From positions 192,001 to 256,000 of the forward strand of contig CAWFJJ010000025.1 in assembly GCA_963816185.1 (NCBI GenBank): a stretch of 64,000 bases of DNA. Reading direction: 5' to 3'. Position numbers and translations under genes: made by a program. Below the pieces are notes generated by a model. The model made no database searches. It was given only the letters and a program-made list of their open reading frames with translations, and was not told where the DNA came from. Source of the stretch: Thermoanaerobaculia bacterium. Its GTDB lineage: Bacteria; Acidobacteriota; Thermoanaerobaculia; UBA5066. How positions within the stretch are numbered: position 1 is the stretch's first letter; every line of letters begins with the position of its first letter. This document shows, piece after piece, positions 1 through 10,702 of this stretch.

Positions 1-929
1 TTCAGGCGCACGAGCGCAACGCGGTATCCGACCTTCTTCTTCCGGTTCCACGAGCCGTGCTCGGCGATGAAGATCTGCCCCTTGTATTCGGCAGGGAACA
101 TCTTCCCCTCATAAAAGCGCATGCCGAGCGCCGCGACGTGCGGGCCCAGCTTCAGCGCGGGCGGGACGAAGTCGCGGCAGGGGAATTCCTTCCCGAACTC
201 CGGATCGGGCACGTCGCCGCCGTGGCAATACGGGAACCCGAAGTTGAGCCCTTTGCGCGGTGCCCGGTTCAGCTCGTCGGCCGGCCTGTCGTCGCCGAGC
301 CAGTCTCGTCCGTTGTCCGTGAACCAAAGCTCCTTCGTGCCCGGATGCCAGTCGAAACCGACCGTGTTTCGCACGCCGCGCGCAACGATCTCGAAGCGGG
401 ACCCGTCGGCCCTGAGGCGGGTGATCGACGCGTAAGGATCGCTGCGCCGGCAGATGTTGCACGGAGCCCCGACCGGCACGTAGAGAAGCCCGTCGGGGCC
501 GAACGCGATGAACTTCCAGCCATGGTGCGGGTCCTTCGGGAACGCGTCCGTGACGACGACGGCCGCAGGCGGATTCTCGAGCCGCTTCTCGATTCCGTCG
601 AAGCGCAGGAGGCGCGAGATCTCCATGACGTACAGCGCGCCGTCCTTCACGGCGACGCCGTTCGGCTCGTTCAGGTTCTTCGCGACCGTGAAGACTTTCG
701 CGGCGTGCGTCCCGTCGCCGGCGTCCACGAGGGCATAGACGGCTCCCGCGTCGCGGGTTCCGACGAACAGCGTCCCCTCGGGACCCATCGTCATCGAGCG
801 CGCGCCGGGAACGGCGTCGCTGTAGACGGAGATCCTGAAGAGAGGCGGCAGCTTGATCGTGTCGAGGCGGATCTCGGCCTCCGCGTTCAACGCGAAGGCG
901 AGAAAGACGAAAAGCCCGCTCCATCTCAT
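1..929 (-). CDS. PQQ-dependent sugar/sorbosone dehydrogenase family (3' end runs off the window)
   Basis: Manual translation from ATG 929: MRWSGLFVFLAFALNAEAEIRLDTIKLPPLFRISVY...ARSMTMGPEGTLFVG...PNGVAVKDGALYV...HHGWKFIAFGPDGLLYVPVGAPCNIC...GVRNTVGFDWHP. Signal peptide plus typical GSDH beta-propeller motifs. Not in the ORF track because it has no stop in the window. Confidence 0.85.
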   Translation of the reverse strand, partial: MRWSGLFVFLAFALNAEAEIRLDTIKLPPLFRISVYSDAVPGARSMTMGPEGTLFVGTRDAGAVYALVDAGDGTHAAKVFTVAKNLNEPNGVAVKDGALYVMEISRLLRFDGIEKRLENPPAAVVVTDAFPKDPHHGWKFIAFGPDGLLYVPVGAPCNICRRSDPYASITRLRADGSRFEIVARGVRNTVGFDWHPGTKELWFTDNGRDWLGDDRPADELNRAPRKGLNFGFPYCHGGDVPDPEFGKEFPCRDFVPPALKLGPHVAALGMRFYEGKMFPAEYKGQIFIAEHGSWNRKKKVGYRVALVRL

Positions 930-943
930 CGTGGCGTGAGGCC

Positions 944-2161
944 TCAACGCGTCGGGTCCGTGACGCGCCCCAGGAAGAGGATCGCTCCTGTCGCGTCGTC
1001 ACGGATGAGGAACAGGAAGGGGTGGTCAGCCCGGAAGACGGGCTTCGACGGAGCGATCGAGGCCGGCACCATCACGACTCCCGTGGCTGCGGCGGCCTCC
1101 GTCCCTTCCTCGTTCACGTCGACGAAGGCTTTGTGGAATCCCTCGTCGATGAACAAGCCTCCCGGGGCGCTGCTCAGAGCTCCGAAGTCGGCTCGCCGCG
1201 GGTCGAACGCGTCGGTCATACCCATCGGGACGAGCACCTTCTTCAGCGTGAACCCGGCTTCCATCCGGAAGCGAGGCAGGAAGACTTCGACTGCCTGGAA
1301 AGCGCGGCCGGCCGACGAGATCCACTCCGTCAGGCGGCTTGCCGTGAGAGAGTCTTCGAGCGCGAGGAGCCCGTCGCTCTTCCTCGGCAGCAGAACGACG
1401 AGCGAAAGGTCATCTCCCTCGTACGGCAGCTCCAGAACCTGTGCTTCTTCCACCTCGAGATATCCCGCCTTCGGCGATCCGTGCATGAGAGGAACGGACG
1501 GGCGCTTGCCGTCCGCCGCGAGAAACGGGGCGTCGTGCGTCCCTTTCTTCTCGAACGGGACTTTCCATTTGCCCTTGAAATAGATCGCGTTCGCGAGGGT
1601 GAGACGGGTGCCGGAAGTCACCGAGCCCTTCGGGAGGAGGTCCTTGATCTTGTCCCGCGTCTTTCGCTCGACCCACCGGTTGATGACCCGGCGCGCCTCT
1701 TCCGGGGACTTCCGGTAGTCGACAGGCGTCGGCGCGGCGCCGTAGAAGTCCTTCAGGATCGTTTGGGCCCGCGGCAAGAGCGGCTCACCCGTCTGGGGCC
1801 AGAGCGAGTTCGCGATCGCGAGCTCGACCTTGCCTCCTGCCTGAACCACTGCGACGCGGCGGTCGAGATCGCGGAATCCCGACGGAACCTGGTCCGCCGC
1901 GGGGAAGTGAAGCGTCTTCGCCATTTGACGAGCCGTCTCCCCGCGCGCGCCGGCGTAGGCCATCGCGAACGCCTCAGAGATGCTGAACGGAGAGAAGAAG
2001 ACGTTCGGGCCTTCGCCGCGGACGCGCCGGTACAGCTCCAGCGCGAACTCGGTGCTTCCGGGAACGAGAGGGTTCCTTTCCGCCCGAGGCGGCGCGGTCC
2101 GGGCGGGTTGTGCGAGAAGAAGCGAGGTCAGGGCGAGCGCGACGCCGCGAGTCATCGCCAT
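944..2161 (-). CDS. Secreted serpin (serine protease inhibitor)
   Basis: C-terminal part of the artefactual 1759-aa ORF: [21 protein letters not shown], hinge [10 protein letters not shown] and [13 protein letters not shown]. Signal peptide present. ATG 2161 overlaps the lhr TGA (TGATG). Confidence 0.93.
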   Translation of the reverse strand: MAMTRGVALALTSLLLAQPARTAPPRAERNPLVPGSTEFALELYRRVRGEGPNVFFSPFSISEAFAMAYAGARGETARQMAKTLHFPAADQVPSGFRDLDRRVAVVQAGGKVELAIANSLWPQTGEPLLPRAQTILKDFYGAAPTPVDYRKSPEEARRVINRWVERKTRDKIKDLLPKGSVTSGTRLTLANAIYFKGKWKVPFEKKGTHDAPFLAADGKRPSVPLMHGSPKAGYLEVEEAQVLELPYEGDDLSLVVLLPRKSDGLLALEDSLTASRLTEWISSAGRAFQAVEVFLPRFRMEAGFTLKKVLVPMGMTDAFDPRRADFGALSSAPGGLFIDEGFHKAFVDVNEEGTEAAAATGVVMVPASIAPSKPVFRADHPFLFLIRDDATGAILFLGRVTDPTR

Positions 2162-5100
2162 CACGCCACGCGCAGCTGCTGCCGCATCGCCGGGGCAACC
2201 CTCTCCTCGGGCGTGAGGATTCCCTGGAAGTTCAGGGGATCGGCCGCCGAGACGAGGACGGGCGGAAGGTCCCCGCCCTGATTCATGCGTTTTCGGACGG
2301 CTCTGAGCAGCGCGACGGCTTCGGGCAGCGCGTACTGTTCGCCGTCGAATCCGGCGACGAAGCGTCCGCCGCGCACCTCGCCGCGAGCTTCCAGCGTGCG
2401 CAGGAAACGCGCGACGTCGCGGAAGGGGACCGGCTGCTTCTCTCTCGCGAGCGTCTTGCGGAAGACGACGCCGGTGCGCTGAAGGAGGCGGCGGGCCACG
2501 AACTCGGCCGACGGGGGAGACGGCGCCTCGCGCGAGAGGAGGCTCCAGCGGCCGGTCGAAAGGACGGCGGTTTTTCTTTTCGACGCGGGGACGATCAGCC
2601 ACCTCAGGCCGCCGAACGAGTCGCACGTCGCGCGCCCGAGGGCGATCAGCTCGCTCAGGCCCTCCTCGACGAACGTCGGCGGCAGCTTCGTGGCGCGCGC
2701 GAGCTCCTGGAAGAACATCGCGCCTTTCCGGAGGAGCGCTTCCTGGACCTCCAGCGCCTTTCCGGAGGGCTCTCGCACAGGCATCTGCGCGGCGAGCGCG
2801 GACCACTCGTCCAGATCGCGCCGCTCGACGAGGCAGATCGGCGTGCGCCGCGTCGGACCCGGGGCGGCGCCCCAGAGCCGGCCCCACACGATCTCGCCCG
2901 AGAGCGTGAGCTGGTCCAGCCACTCGCGCTTGTAGGAGCGCACGCGTGCCGGAAGGACGCTGGCTTCCCATGCGGCGGCGGGGATCTCGAATCCGGCGAG
3001 CTGCGAGACGACCTGCCCGACGCCGCGCGGGCCGTCCAGGCGATGCTCGGGATCCGCGTGCTGCCAGCACGCGAGAAAGCGCAGGAACTGCGCGGCCGTG
3101 ACCGGCTCGATCTCCTTGCGCAGGCGGTCGATCGTGTAGCGGTGGATCCGGGCGAGGAGGCGCCGGTCGCACCAGCCCGCGCGTCCCGCGATGCGCGTGC
3201 GGAGGACGGCGCCCTCGGCCTCGAGCTGACGGAGCAGCGACTCGTCGGCGTCTTCGGCGAAGATCGGTCCGAGCGCTTCCAAGCGGCCCTTGAGCACCGT
3301 CTTCGGGTCGCGTGAGGCTTCCGCCGCGAACCAGCGGCCGTCCTCGAGCGTGACGCGGCCCGCCGCGGCGAGCTCGTCGAGCCATGCCTGCCACGGGCGG
3401 CCCTCCCCGGCTGTGACGTACCCGATCCAGAGGAGCGCCTCGTGAACCTCCTCCGCGTTCGAGGGCTGCGGCCACGCTTCTTCCTTGACGCGGTCGATCG
3501 CCTCGGGGTCGAGGATGCCGATCTCGTCCGCGGAGCGCGCGTCGAGGACGCGACGCGAGAAAACCGCCTGTGTGCGCCGCTCCTCGAGGGGTGCGTCGTC
3601 GAGGAACGTGTAGGGCTGCGAAGAGAGGATGCCCCGCGCAAACGCCGACGGTTCCACCGTGTCCACGGCGCGCCGCTCGATCGTCCCGTCCTTCAGGCCC
3701 CGCAGGACTTCCAGCAAGCCGTCGACGTCCATCGCCTCCGTGAGGCAATCCTCGATCGTCTGCGCCACGATCGGATGGTCCATCGGGATCTCGATCGGGC
3801 CGCCGGGCAGCGTCTCGGGACACGCGATGACCTGCGGGAACGCCGTGACGAGGAGGTCGTTCGCGCGCATCCGCTGCAGGTTCGCCGGCACCCTCTTGCC
3901 GTTCCGGGTGCGGTCGAGGAGCAGCGCGCGCTGCGCGTTCCACCGCCAGCGCGTCTCGAAGAGAGGCGACGCGAGGACGGCCTGGATGAGGACGTCGCTT
4001 CGCGGTGGCGGGATTCAGGTAGTCGAAGACCTCCGGGAGCTCGAAGCTGTGCTGCGGGCCGAGCGAAAGGACGATCGCCTCCTCGTTCGCAGCGGCCTGG
4101 AGCTCGAAGCCGAAGCCGACGCAGAAGCGCTTCCGGAGCGCAAGGCCCCACGCCTTGTTGATCTTCGAGCCGAACGGCGCATGGACGACGAGCTGCATGC
4201 CGCCGCTCTCGTCGAAGAAGCGCTCGAGGATGACGCGTTTCTGCGTCGGGACGGCTCCGAGGGCCTGCCTTCCGGCTTCGACATACTCGGCGATTTGGAC
4301 GGCGGCGCCTTCGGGCAAGGCGTCGCCGCATTCGAGACGGAGGAAGGAAGATTCTTGAGAAAGAGGAAGAAGAGATTTCTTAGAAAGGGAAGAGGGGGAG
4401 AGCGAGGGGGAGTCGGCGTGCCCCTCGACGCCGCGAGCACTGTCTGAGCGAAGCGAGTTTGCGAGCGAAGGAGAGGGGCATGCCGGCTCCTCCGAGCCCG
4501 CCTCTGTCTCTGCCTCGGCTACTCTTTCTCTAAGAATTCCGATCTCTTCCGCGAGCTCGCGTGTCCGGCCGGGCGCCTCGCCGAGCCAGAAGGGAAGCGA
4601 CGGAGGCTGGCCCTTCGCGTCCGCGACGCGGACGATGCCAGGCTCGATCCTCAGGACTCGCCACGAGGCGTTGCCGAGCTGGAAGATGTCGCCGCCGTTC
4701 GACTCGACGGCCCAGTCCTCGTTCACCGTGCCGACGAGCGTTCCCTCCGGCTCCAGCCGGACCTGGTAATCGGCCGTGTCGGGAATCGCGCCTCCGGACA
4801 TGAGCGCCGTGAGACGGGAGCGCTTCGTCCCCATGAGGCGGCCGTTCACGCCGTCGCGGTGCAGCAGCGCGCGCCGGCCTTCCGTGTGGAGGGCGACGAC
4901 GCGGTCGAACTCCTCGCGCGAGAGCTCCCGATACGGCCAGGCCTTCCTCACGAGGTCGAAGAGAGCGCGTTCCTCCCAGGCTTCGCCGGAAGAGGCCGCG
5001 ACGATCTGCTGCGCGAGGATGTCGAGCGGGCGCGGCGGCATCGGCGTCCGGTCGAGGACGGAACGGCGGATCGACGAGAGGAGGGCCGCCCCTTCGACGA

Positions 5101-6223
5101 GCTCGTCGAGCGTGAGAGGGAAGAGCCGTCCCTTCGGGATCTTCCTCAGGACGTGCCCGGCGCGGCCGACGCGCTGGAGAAACGTCGCGATCGATCGCGT
5201 CGCGCCGACCTGGATCGCAAGGTCCACGTCGCCGACGTCGATCCCGAGCTCCAGAGACGCCGTCGCGACGAGCGCGCGCAGGCTGCCCGCCTTCAGACGC
5301 TGCTCGGCGTCGAGGCGCCGCGCTTTCGAGAGGCTGCCGTGGTGGCTCGTGACGGCATCCTCGCCGAGGAGGCGAGTGAGCTGCGCCGAGATGCGCTCGG
5401 CCATCTTGCGCGTGTTCACGAAGACGAGCGTCGTCCGGTGCTCGCGCACGAGCTCTCCGATCCGCGCGTAGATCTCCTGCCACTGCTCGTGCGAGCAGAC
5501 GGTCGCGAGCGGAGACGGCGGGATCTCGATGCCGAGATCCAGCGTCCGGAACGTGCCTGAGTCGACGAGCGTGCAGGCGCGCCCTTCGCCGACGAGGAAC
5601 CGGCCGACCTCGTCGAGCGGCTTCTGTGTGGCCGAGAGGCCGACGCGCTGAAGGGGCCGGCCGGCGAGGTGCTCGAGACGTTCGAGCGAGAGCGCGAGAT
5701 GGCTGCCTCTCTTGTCGCGGATGAGCGCGTGGATCTCGTCGACGATGACCGTCGAAACCGTACGCAGCACTTTCCGGCCGCCCTCGCTCGTCAGGAGGAG
5801 ATAGAGCGACTCCGGCGTCGTCACGAGGATGTGCGGCGGCCGGCGGGTCATCGCCGTGCGTTCGGCGGAGGGCGTGTCGCCCGTCCGGACGAGAACGCGG
5901 ACTTCCGGAACAGCCGGGTCGAGCGCGCGGATCTCGGCGAGCGGCCCCTGGAGGTTCTTCTGGACGTCGTTCGAGAGCGCGCGCAGCGGCGAGACGTAGA
6001 GGATCTGCGTCTCGTCCTTCAGCGCGGACCCCTGGCGGATCAAGGCGTCGATCGCCGAGAGGAAGGCCGCGAGAGTCTTTCCCGAGCCGGTCGGAGCCGC
6101 GATGAGCGTGCTCCGGCCCTCGCGGATCGCCGGCCAGCCGTCGCGCTGCGGCGGTGTGGGCTCGCCGAGGCGGTCCTGGAACCACTTCTGGACGGCAGGA
6201 TGGAAGGGGGCGAGGAGAGACAT
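2161..6223 (-). CDS. lhr: Lhr-family ATP-dependent helicase (one apparent indel near 3997)
   Basis: [15 protein letters not shown] and QRVGRAGH motifs. After YLNPATAK the frame shifts into ORF 2161..3891, which supplies the Lhr C-terminus ([26 protein letters not shown]). Confidence 0.9.
4406..4493. repeat. Palindromic REP/RPE-like element, copy 1, in frame within lhr
   Basis: 21-bp inverted arms at 4406-4426 and 4473-4493 around core TGTCTGAGCGAAGCGAGTT (4441-4459). An inverted homolog lies at 16435-16526. Confidence 0.8.
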
Positions 6224-6308
6224 CGAGACGGGATCTTAACGAGAGTCTCGGCCATCTCATTCCCGCCTCTTGCGAGTCGCCCGCCTCTGCGGGGAAGGAG
6301 AGAAATGC

Positions 6309-6357
6309 GGGGTGGGTCGGCGGGAGGCTCGTTGGGGCTGTTCCGCCGACCCACTCC
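6309..6357 (-). terminator. GC-rich hairpin, probable intrinsic terminator of the 6410-6769 gene
   Basis: GGGTGGGTCGGCGGGA...TTCCGCCGACCCACTCC stem, followed on the minus strand by a pyrimidine run (ATTTCTCTCC). Confidence 0.5.
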
Positions 6358-6409
6358 GACGAAGAGGGTCGTGACTTCGGTTTGCTCTACCCCTGCGGGT
6401 AGGACTTTC

Positions 6410-6769
6410 TTAGTAAGACTTCCTCTTCGTCTCCTTCGTCGTCGTGATCGTGATGGTCTTGACGACCGGCGCGCCCGAGACCGTTGTGGTATTGATCGTT
6501 ACGGTCTTGCCGACCTCGATCGTCTTCGGCACGTTCGACGACTCATTGATCGTGTAGGTGACCTGATCGCCGTTGGGCTTCGTGATCGTGATGGAGCGGC
6601 CCGCCTCGAAGGACTGGACCGTTCCAGTAATCGTGATGGACTTCACGTCCCCGGACTCGTTCATCGTGACCTGCTGCCGGGAGGGCTGCTGCGAGGGCTG
6701 TTCCTGGGCAAAGGCCGCCAGCGGCAGGGCGGCGATGGCGCCAACCAGCAGAATCGACTTGACCTTCAT
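6410..6769 (-). CDS. Small secreted Thr/Val-rich beta protein (OB-fold/DUF5666-like)
   Basis: Signal peptide MKVKSILLVGAIAALPLAAFAQ, SD AAGGAG, and beta-rich ITGTVQSFEAGRSITI...GKTVTI. Confidence 0.7.
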   Translation of the reverse strand: MKVKSILLVGAIAALPLAAFAQEQPSQQPSRQQVTMNESGDVKSITITGTVQSFEAGRSITITKPNGDQVTYTINESSNVPKTIEVGKTVTINTTTVSGAPVVKTITITTTKETKRKSY

Positions 6770-6897
6770 GGCTTTGTTGTCTCCTTCCGGGTTTTACAAG
6801 AGCAACTTGTGCCCGCTCTTTCAACCCTCTCGAGAGGGTGCAATCACCGTGCCCCGGGCCCCAAAGGGTTGTTATCGTCGCCATAGGCGGAGGAGGC

Positions 6898-7440
6898 ATG
6901 AATTTCGATCTCGATTTGTCGATCGGCGTGCTCGAGCGCACCTCCGGCGCGCTGAAGGCTCTTCTCGGCGGCCTCGCCGAGCCGTGGGTGCGGGGTACGG
7001 AAGGTCCCGACACTTTCAGCGCGTTCGACGTGGTGGGGCATCTCATCGACGGAGAGGAGACGGACTGGATCGTGCGCGCCCGGATCATTCTTGCGAGGGG
7101 AGAGAATCCGCGCTTCGAACCGTTCGACCGGTTTCGCCACCGTACGCGAAACGCGGGACGGTCGCTCGCTTCGCTGCTCGATGAGCTCGAGGGGTTGAGG
7201 GCCGCGAACCTGACGCTGCTTCGATCCTGGCGGCTTTCGGCTTCGGATCTCGATCTGCCCGGCATGCACCCGAGCCTGGGTGGCGTCACTCTTCGGGAGC
7301 TGCTCGCCGCGTGGGTCGTCCACGACCTCGAGCACATCGCGCAGATCTCCCGCGTGATAGCGAAGCAATATGGAGACCAGGTCGGCCCGTGGGTGCCGTT
7401 CCTGCCTGTCCTCACGGATCACCCCGTGCCGCGGTCGTAG
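6898..7440 (+). CDS. DinB/YfiT family metal-binding protein
   Basis: SD GGAGG then ATG 6898. His triad in VVGHLIDGE and WVVHDLEH. Confidence 0.85.
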   Translation: MNFDLDLSIGVLERTSGALKALLGGLAEPWVRGTEGPDTFSAFDVVGHLIDGEETDWIVRARIILARGENPRFEPFDRFRHRTRNAGRSLASLLDELEGLRAANLTLLRSWRLSASDLDLPGMHPSLGGVTLRELLAAWVVHDLEHIAQISRVIAKQYGDQVGPWVPFLPVLTDHPVPRS

Positions 7441-7457
7441 GCCGGAATCCCTCCCGC

Positions 7458-8117
7458 ATGCTCACCGACGACATTCCTCCGGCCCGGCTCCCACGCCCGC
7501 TCGACCCGGTGGAGGTCCGCATTCTCGGGGCGCTCCTCGAGAAACAGCAGGCGACACCGGAGTACTACCCGCTCACCCTCAACGCGCTCGTCGCGGCATG
7601 CAACCAGAAGTCGAACCGCGACCCGGTCACGGAGCTTTCCGCGGGCGAGGTCGAGTCCGCGCTCGACAGCCTCCGCAAGCTCGTCTTCGTCTGGAAGGCG
7701 GGCGGGTCGCGCGTCGAGAGATGGGAGCAGAACGTCGAGCGTGCATGGCGCCTCGACGCCGCGACGAAGGCGGTGATGACGCTTCTCCTCCTGCGCGGGG
7801 CGCAGACGCCGGGCGAGCTGCGCGCGCGGAGCGAACGGCTGCACCCGTTCGCAATGCTCGGCGAGGTCGAGTCCGCGCTCGCGAAGCTCGCGGACGGCCC
7901 GGACCCGCTCGTCGGCGAGCTGCCCCGCGCCCCCGGTCAGAAGGAAGCGCGCTGGGCGCATCTCGCGGGCGGCCCCGTGAAGGACGTCGTACCCGCTTCA
8001 AGCCCGCACGTCGAAAGGTCCGACCCTCTCGCATCCCGCGTCGCTCTGCTCGAAGAACAGGTGGCGGCGCTGTCTCGCGAGCTCTCGGACCTGAAGAGAA
8101 GGCTCGGAGAACGCTGA
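7458..8117 (+). CDS. YceH/DUF480 family protein
   Basis: EVRILGALLEKQQATPEYYPLTLNALVAACNQKSNRDPV and LLLRGAQTPGELR; C-terminal coiled coil. Confidence 0.9.
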   Translation: MLTDDIPPARLPRPLDPVEVRILGALLEKQQATPEYYPLTLNALVAACNQKSNRDPVTELSAGEVESALDSLRKLVFVWKAGGSRVERWEQNVERAWRLDAATKAVMTLLLLRGAQTPGELRARSERLHPFAMLGEVESALAKLADGPDPLVGELPRAPGQKEARWAHLAGGPVKDVVPASSPHVERSDPLASRVALLEEQVAALSRELSDLKRRLGER

Positions 8118-8128
8118 CTCTGCGGGTT

Positions 8129-8518
8129 TCACCGTACGTCGGAGCCGTTCTCGACCTCGAGCTCGTTGTAGATCATGGCGACGCCCTTGACGGAGCTCAC
8201 GAGCTTGCCGGCGGCCGAACGATCGGCTTCGTTGGCCACCCGGCCCGACAGTCTGACGAGGCCCTTCGCTGGATTGACTTCCACCTTCGCAACCCTCGAA
8301 AAGCGGGCGTCCCTCTCGAGTTTCGCTTTCACCGCGATCTCCATGTCGGCGCCATCCCTCTTCGGACCGAGGGATTGCGTCGTTTCCTTCGAAAAAGAAG
8401 CCAGGAACCTGCGGTCGTGCGATGCGACGCGCGTCTTCAGCATCGGCTGCGACGAAGCACGTGGAGCGACCAGGGCGGCGAGGGTGAACATCATGGCGGC
8501 GATGGCGGCGCGTGACAC
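8129..8518 (-). CDS. Secreted BON-domain protein
   Basis: SD AAGGAGG then GTG 8518. Signal peptide; GLVRLSGRV...SVKGVAMIYNELEV. Confidence 0.8.
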   Translation of the reverse strand: MSRAAIAAMMFTLAALVAPRASSQPMLKTRVASHDRRFLASFSKETTQSLGPKRDGADMEIAVKAKLERDARFSRVAKVEVNPAKGLVRLSGRVANEADRSAAGKLVSSVKGVAMIYNELEVENGSDVR

Positions 8519-8647
8519 GGGACCCCTCCTTGCGTTTCCCGGGAAGGAAATCCTTCCCTTCGTCACACAACGCAATGCGGGTGCCAGTGGACGGCTCGAC
8601 CGGCTTGAAAGCGTTCCGTCAGCCGAGGCAGTTCGGAGGCCGCGTTG

Positions 8648-9238
8648 CTACGCGTTCTTGACCGGCTTGATCTCCCCGGTCGACATGTCGTAGACCCAGC
8701 CGTGGACGTTCAGCTTCTTCTCCCGGGTGGCCCTCTTGACGAATGGAAACTCGCGGAGGTGCTCGAGCTGGAGCCGGACGTTCTCCTCCACGATCAGCCG
8801 CATCCGCTGCTCCTTCGGCATCTCGATGTGGAGCGACCTGATCTTCTCGTCGATCCGCTCGCGCGCCTTGAAGGCGTTCATCAGCCAGATCGGAACGTAT
8901 TTGTACTCGCTCTCGTCGTCGTCGAGCGCCTCGATTCCCCCGCATTCGTAGTGACCGCAGATGACGATGTCCGGGATCTTCAGGTGGCTGATGGAGAACT
9001 CCAGGACGGCGGCCAGGTTCCAGTCGTTCGTCGCGACGACGTTTCCGACGTTCCGGTGGACGAAGACCTCCCCCGGTCGCGTCGACGTGATGCTGTTGAC
9101 GGGTGCGCGGGAATCGGAGCAGCTGATCCAGAGAACCGTCGGCTGCTGTCCCTTTGAGAGGGACATGAAGAACTCCCGTTCCTTCTCGAAGGTCTCCGCC
9201 ACGAAACGGCGGTTTCCTTCCAGGAGTGCCGAAATCAT
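8648..9238 (-). CDS. can: Beta-class carbonic anhydrase
   Basis: Zn ligands in CSDSR and GHYECGG; GEVFVHRNVGN; HGWVYD. Confidence 0.93.
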   Translation of the reverse strand: MISALLEGNRRFVAETFEKEREFFMSLSKGQQPTVLWISCSDSRAPVNSITSTRPGEVFVHRNVGNVVATNDWNLAAVLEFSISHLKIPDIVICGHYECGGIEALDDDESEYKYVPIWLMNAFKARERIDEKIRSLHIEMPKEQRMRLIVEENVRLQLEHLREFPFVKRATREKKLNVHGWVYDMSTGEIKPVKNA

Positions 9239-9265
9239 CTTGTACCTCGACCCAGGATCTTATCT

Positions 9266-9619
9266 TCAGGTCGGCGGCTCGGCTCCCCGGACGCGTTCCT
9301 CCAGCCTCGTGCGGCCGGCCCCGAGCGCCTTCGAGAGCGCCTGTACCGCGGTGCGGGCGCGCAACGGGTCGCCGCACGTGAAGAGGTCCACCGCCGCCTC
9401 GCCGCGCTCGGGCCAGGTGTGGATCGTGAGGTGCGACTCGGAGATCACGACGACGCCGCTGACGCCCTGCGGGCTGAGGCGATGGATGTGGATGCCGAGC
9501 ACCTTCGCGCCCATCTCCCGGACGGCCTCGACGAGCAGCGTCTCGACGAGGACCGGGTCGTCGAGCGTGGCGAACGGCGCGCCCGCGACGTCGAGGAGGA
9601 AGTGGAGGCCGAGACTCAT
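9266..9619 (-). CDS. speD: S-adenosylmethionine decarboxylase proenzyme (pyruvoyl, SpeD/SpeH type)
   Basis: C-terminal part of ORF 9266..10678, true start ATG 9619: GVSGVVVISESHLTIHTWPE...DLFTCG. Start overlaps the upstream stop (ATGA). Confidence 0.92.
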   Translation of the reverse strand: MSLGLHFLLDVAGAPFATLDDPVLVETLLVEAVREMGAKVLGIHIHRLSPQGVSGVVVISESHLTIHTWPERGEAAVDLFTCGDPLRARTAVQALSKALGAGRTRLEERVRGAEPPT

Positions 9620-10701
9620 CGGATTCCCAGCGCCTCGACTGTACCCCGGTTCTCGGGCCGCACCTTCCAGAGGAACGCGTCCCACACGTAATGCGTGGCC
9701 TGGGGAAGAGCGAGGAGAGGCACGATCAGGGCGAGAAGCAGTGCGCCGGGGTCGAGCGCGGGCCCCGGAAAGAGCGCGGCGTGGTCGTGCCAGACGAGAC
9801 GGTCCCAGCCCCATTCTTCGGCGAACGCGACGAGGAGAAGGGGCGCGAGGAAGAAGACGAGCTTCGGCGCCATCCGGTCCGCGAAGGACGGAGAGTCGCC
9901 CGCCTCGCGGCGCGCTTCGGCGCGCGATCTCGACGTGAACCACACGAGGCCCATGTACGGAATGCCGTGGACGAAGACGTTCGTCACCGTGAACGCGTAA
10001 TCCGAATCGAAGACGACGATGCCGAGGAACCACGTCGCGGCCGTCGAGAGGACGATCAGGACCTTCCCCCACGACACCGGCCGGCCGGCGCGCGCGCGCG
10101 CGACCTCCTTCACGATCCACGCGGCGAAGATCCCCGAATAGAGGACGAGCGCGACCGTGCTGACGGCCTCCGGCAGACCGTTCACGAAGTCTCCCCTCAG
10201 GAACCACTGGAACCGTCGCGGGAGGTGCGCGTGCCAGAAGAGGAGCGGCGTGAGCGTGGCGCCGTAGATGGCCGCGGCGTCGAGGAGACGTCCGTCCTTT
10301 CCCTCTTCGTTCTTCCGGCGGTAGAGAGCGACCCAGCCGTATTGCTGCCGCACGAAGTGGAAAACCGCGAGATACGCGAGGATCCGCCAGAAGAAGAGAG
10401 CCGAGACGGAATACGCCGCGACTCCCGCGACCCACGCCGCGATCGGGACGCCGACGTAGAGCGCGAGGCGCACCCGCGCGGCGCTCCCATCGGCGAGAAC
10501 GCGCCACCCGGTCGCCCACACGTGCGCGACGTCGACGCCCACGACCGCCACGAGGTACAGCCAGGGCGGGGCGTCGCCGTCGAGGAGGCCGGTCGCATGG
10601 CCGACGCCGAGGAAGAGCAGGGCGAGAGCCGTCGAGCCTCCGAAGAGGAGGAGGTCGGCGCGCCGGCCGAAGAGCCACGGGGAGGTCACGGGGCGTCCCA
10701 T
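9616..10701 (-). CDS. Polytopic membrane protein with four spaced His motifs, function unknown
   Basis: About 8-9 hydrophobic segments; DVAHVWAT, FHFVRQQYG, VHGIPY, THYVWD. Confidence 0.8.
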   Translation of the reverse strand: MGRPVTSPWLFGRRADLLLFGGSTALALLFLGVGHATGLLDGDAPPWLYLVAVVGVDVAHVWATGWRVLADGSAARVRLALYVGVPIAAWVAGVAAYSVSALFFWRILAYLAVFHFVRQQYGWVALYRRKNEEGKDGRLLDAAAIYGATLTPLLFWHAHLPRRFQWFLRGDFVNGLPEAVSTVALVLYSGIFAAWIVKEVARARAGRPVSWGKVLIVLSTAATWFLGIVVFDSDYAFTVTNVFVHGIPYMGLVWFTSRSRAEARREAGDSPSFADRMAPKLVFFLAPLLLVAFAEEWGWDRLVWHDHAALFPGPALDPGALLLALIVPLLALPQATHYVWDAFLWKVRPENRGTVEALGIR

Positions 10702-10702
10702 C

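Noticed and set aside
944-6223. Apparent 1759-aa Lhr-serpin fusion protein
   Set aside because: A single indel near 3997 shifts lhr into the serpin frame. The true Lhr C-terminus is in ORF 2161..3891, the linker is Arg-rich off-frame sequence, and the serpin has its own start and signal peptide.
8129-9238. Carbonic anhydrase and BON genes as members of the polyamine operon (CO2 recycling)
   Set aside because: They are co-oriented and close, but can has its own TAAGAT/SD signals and nothing else ties them to the operon. Left out pending synteny.
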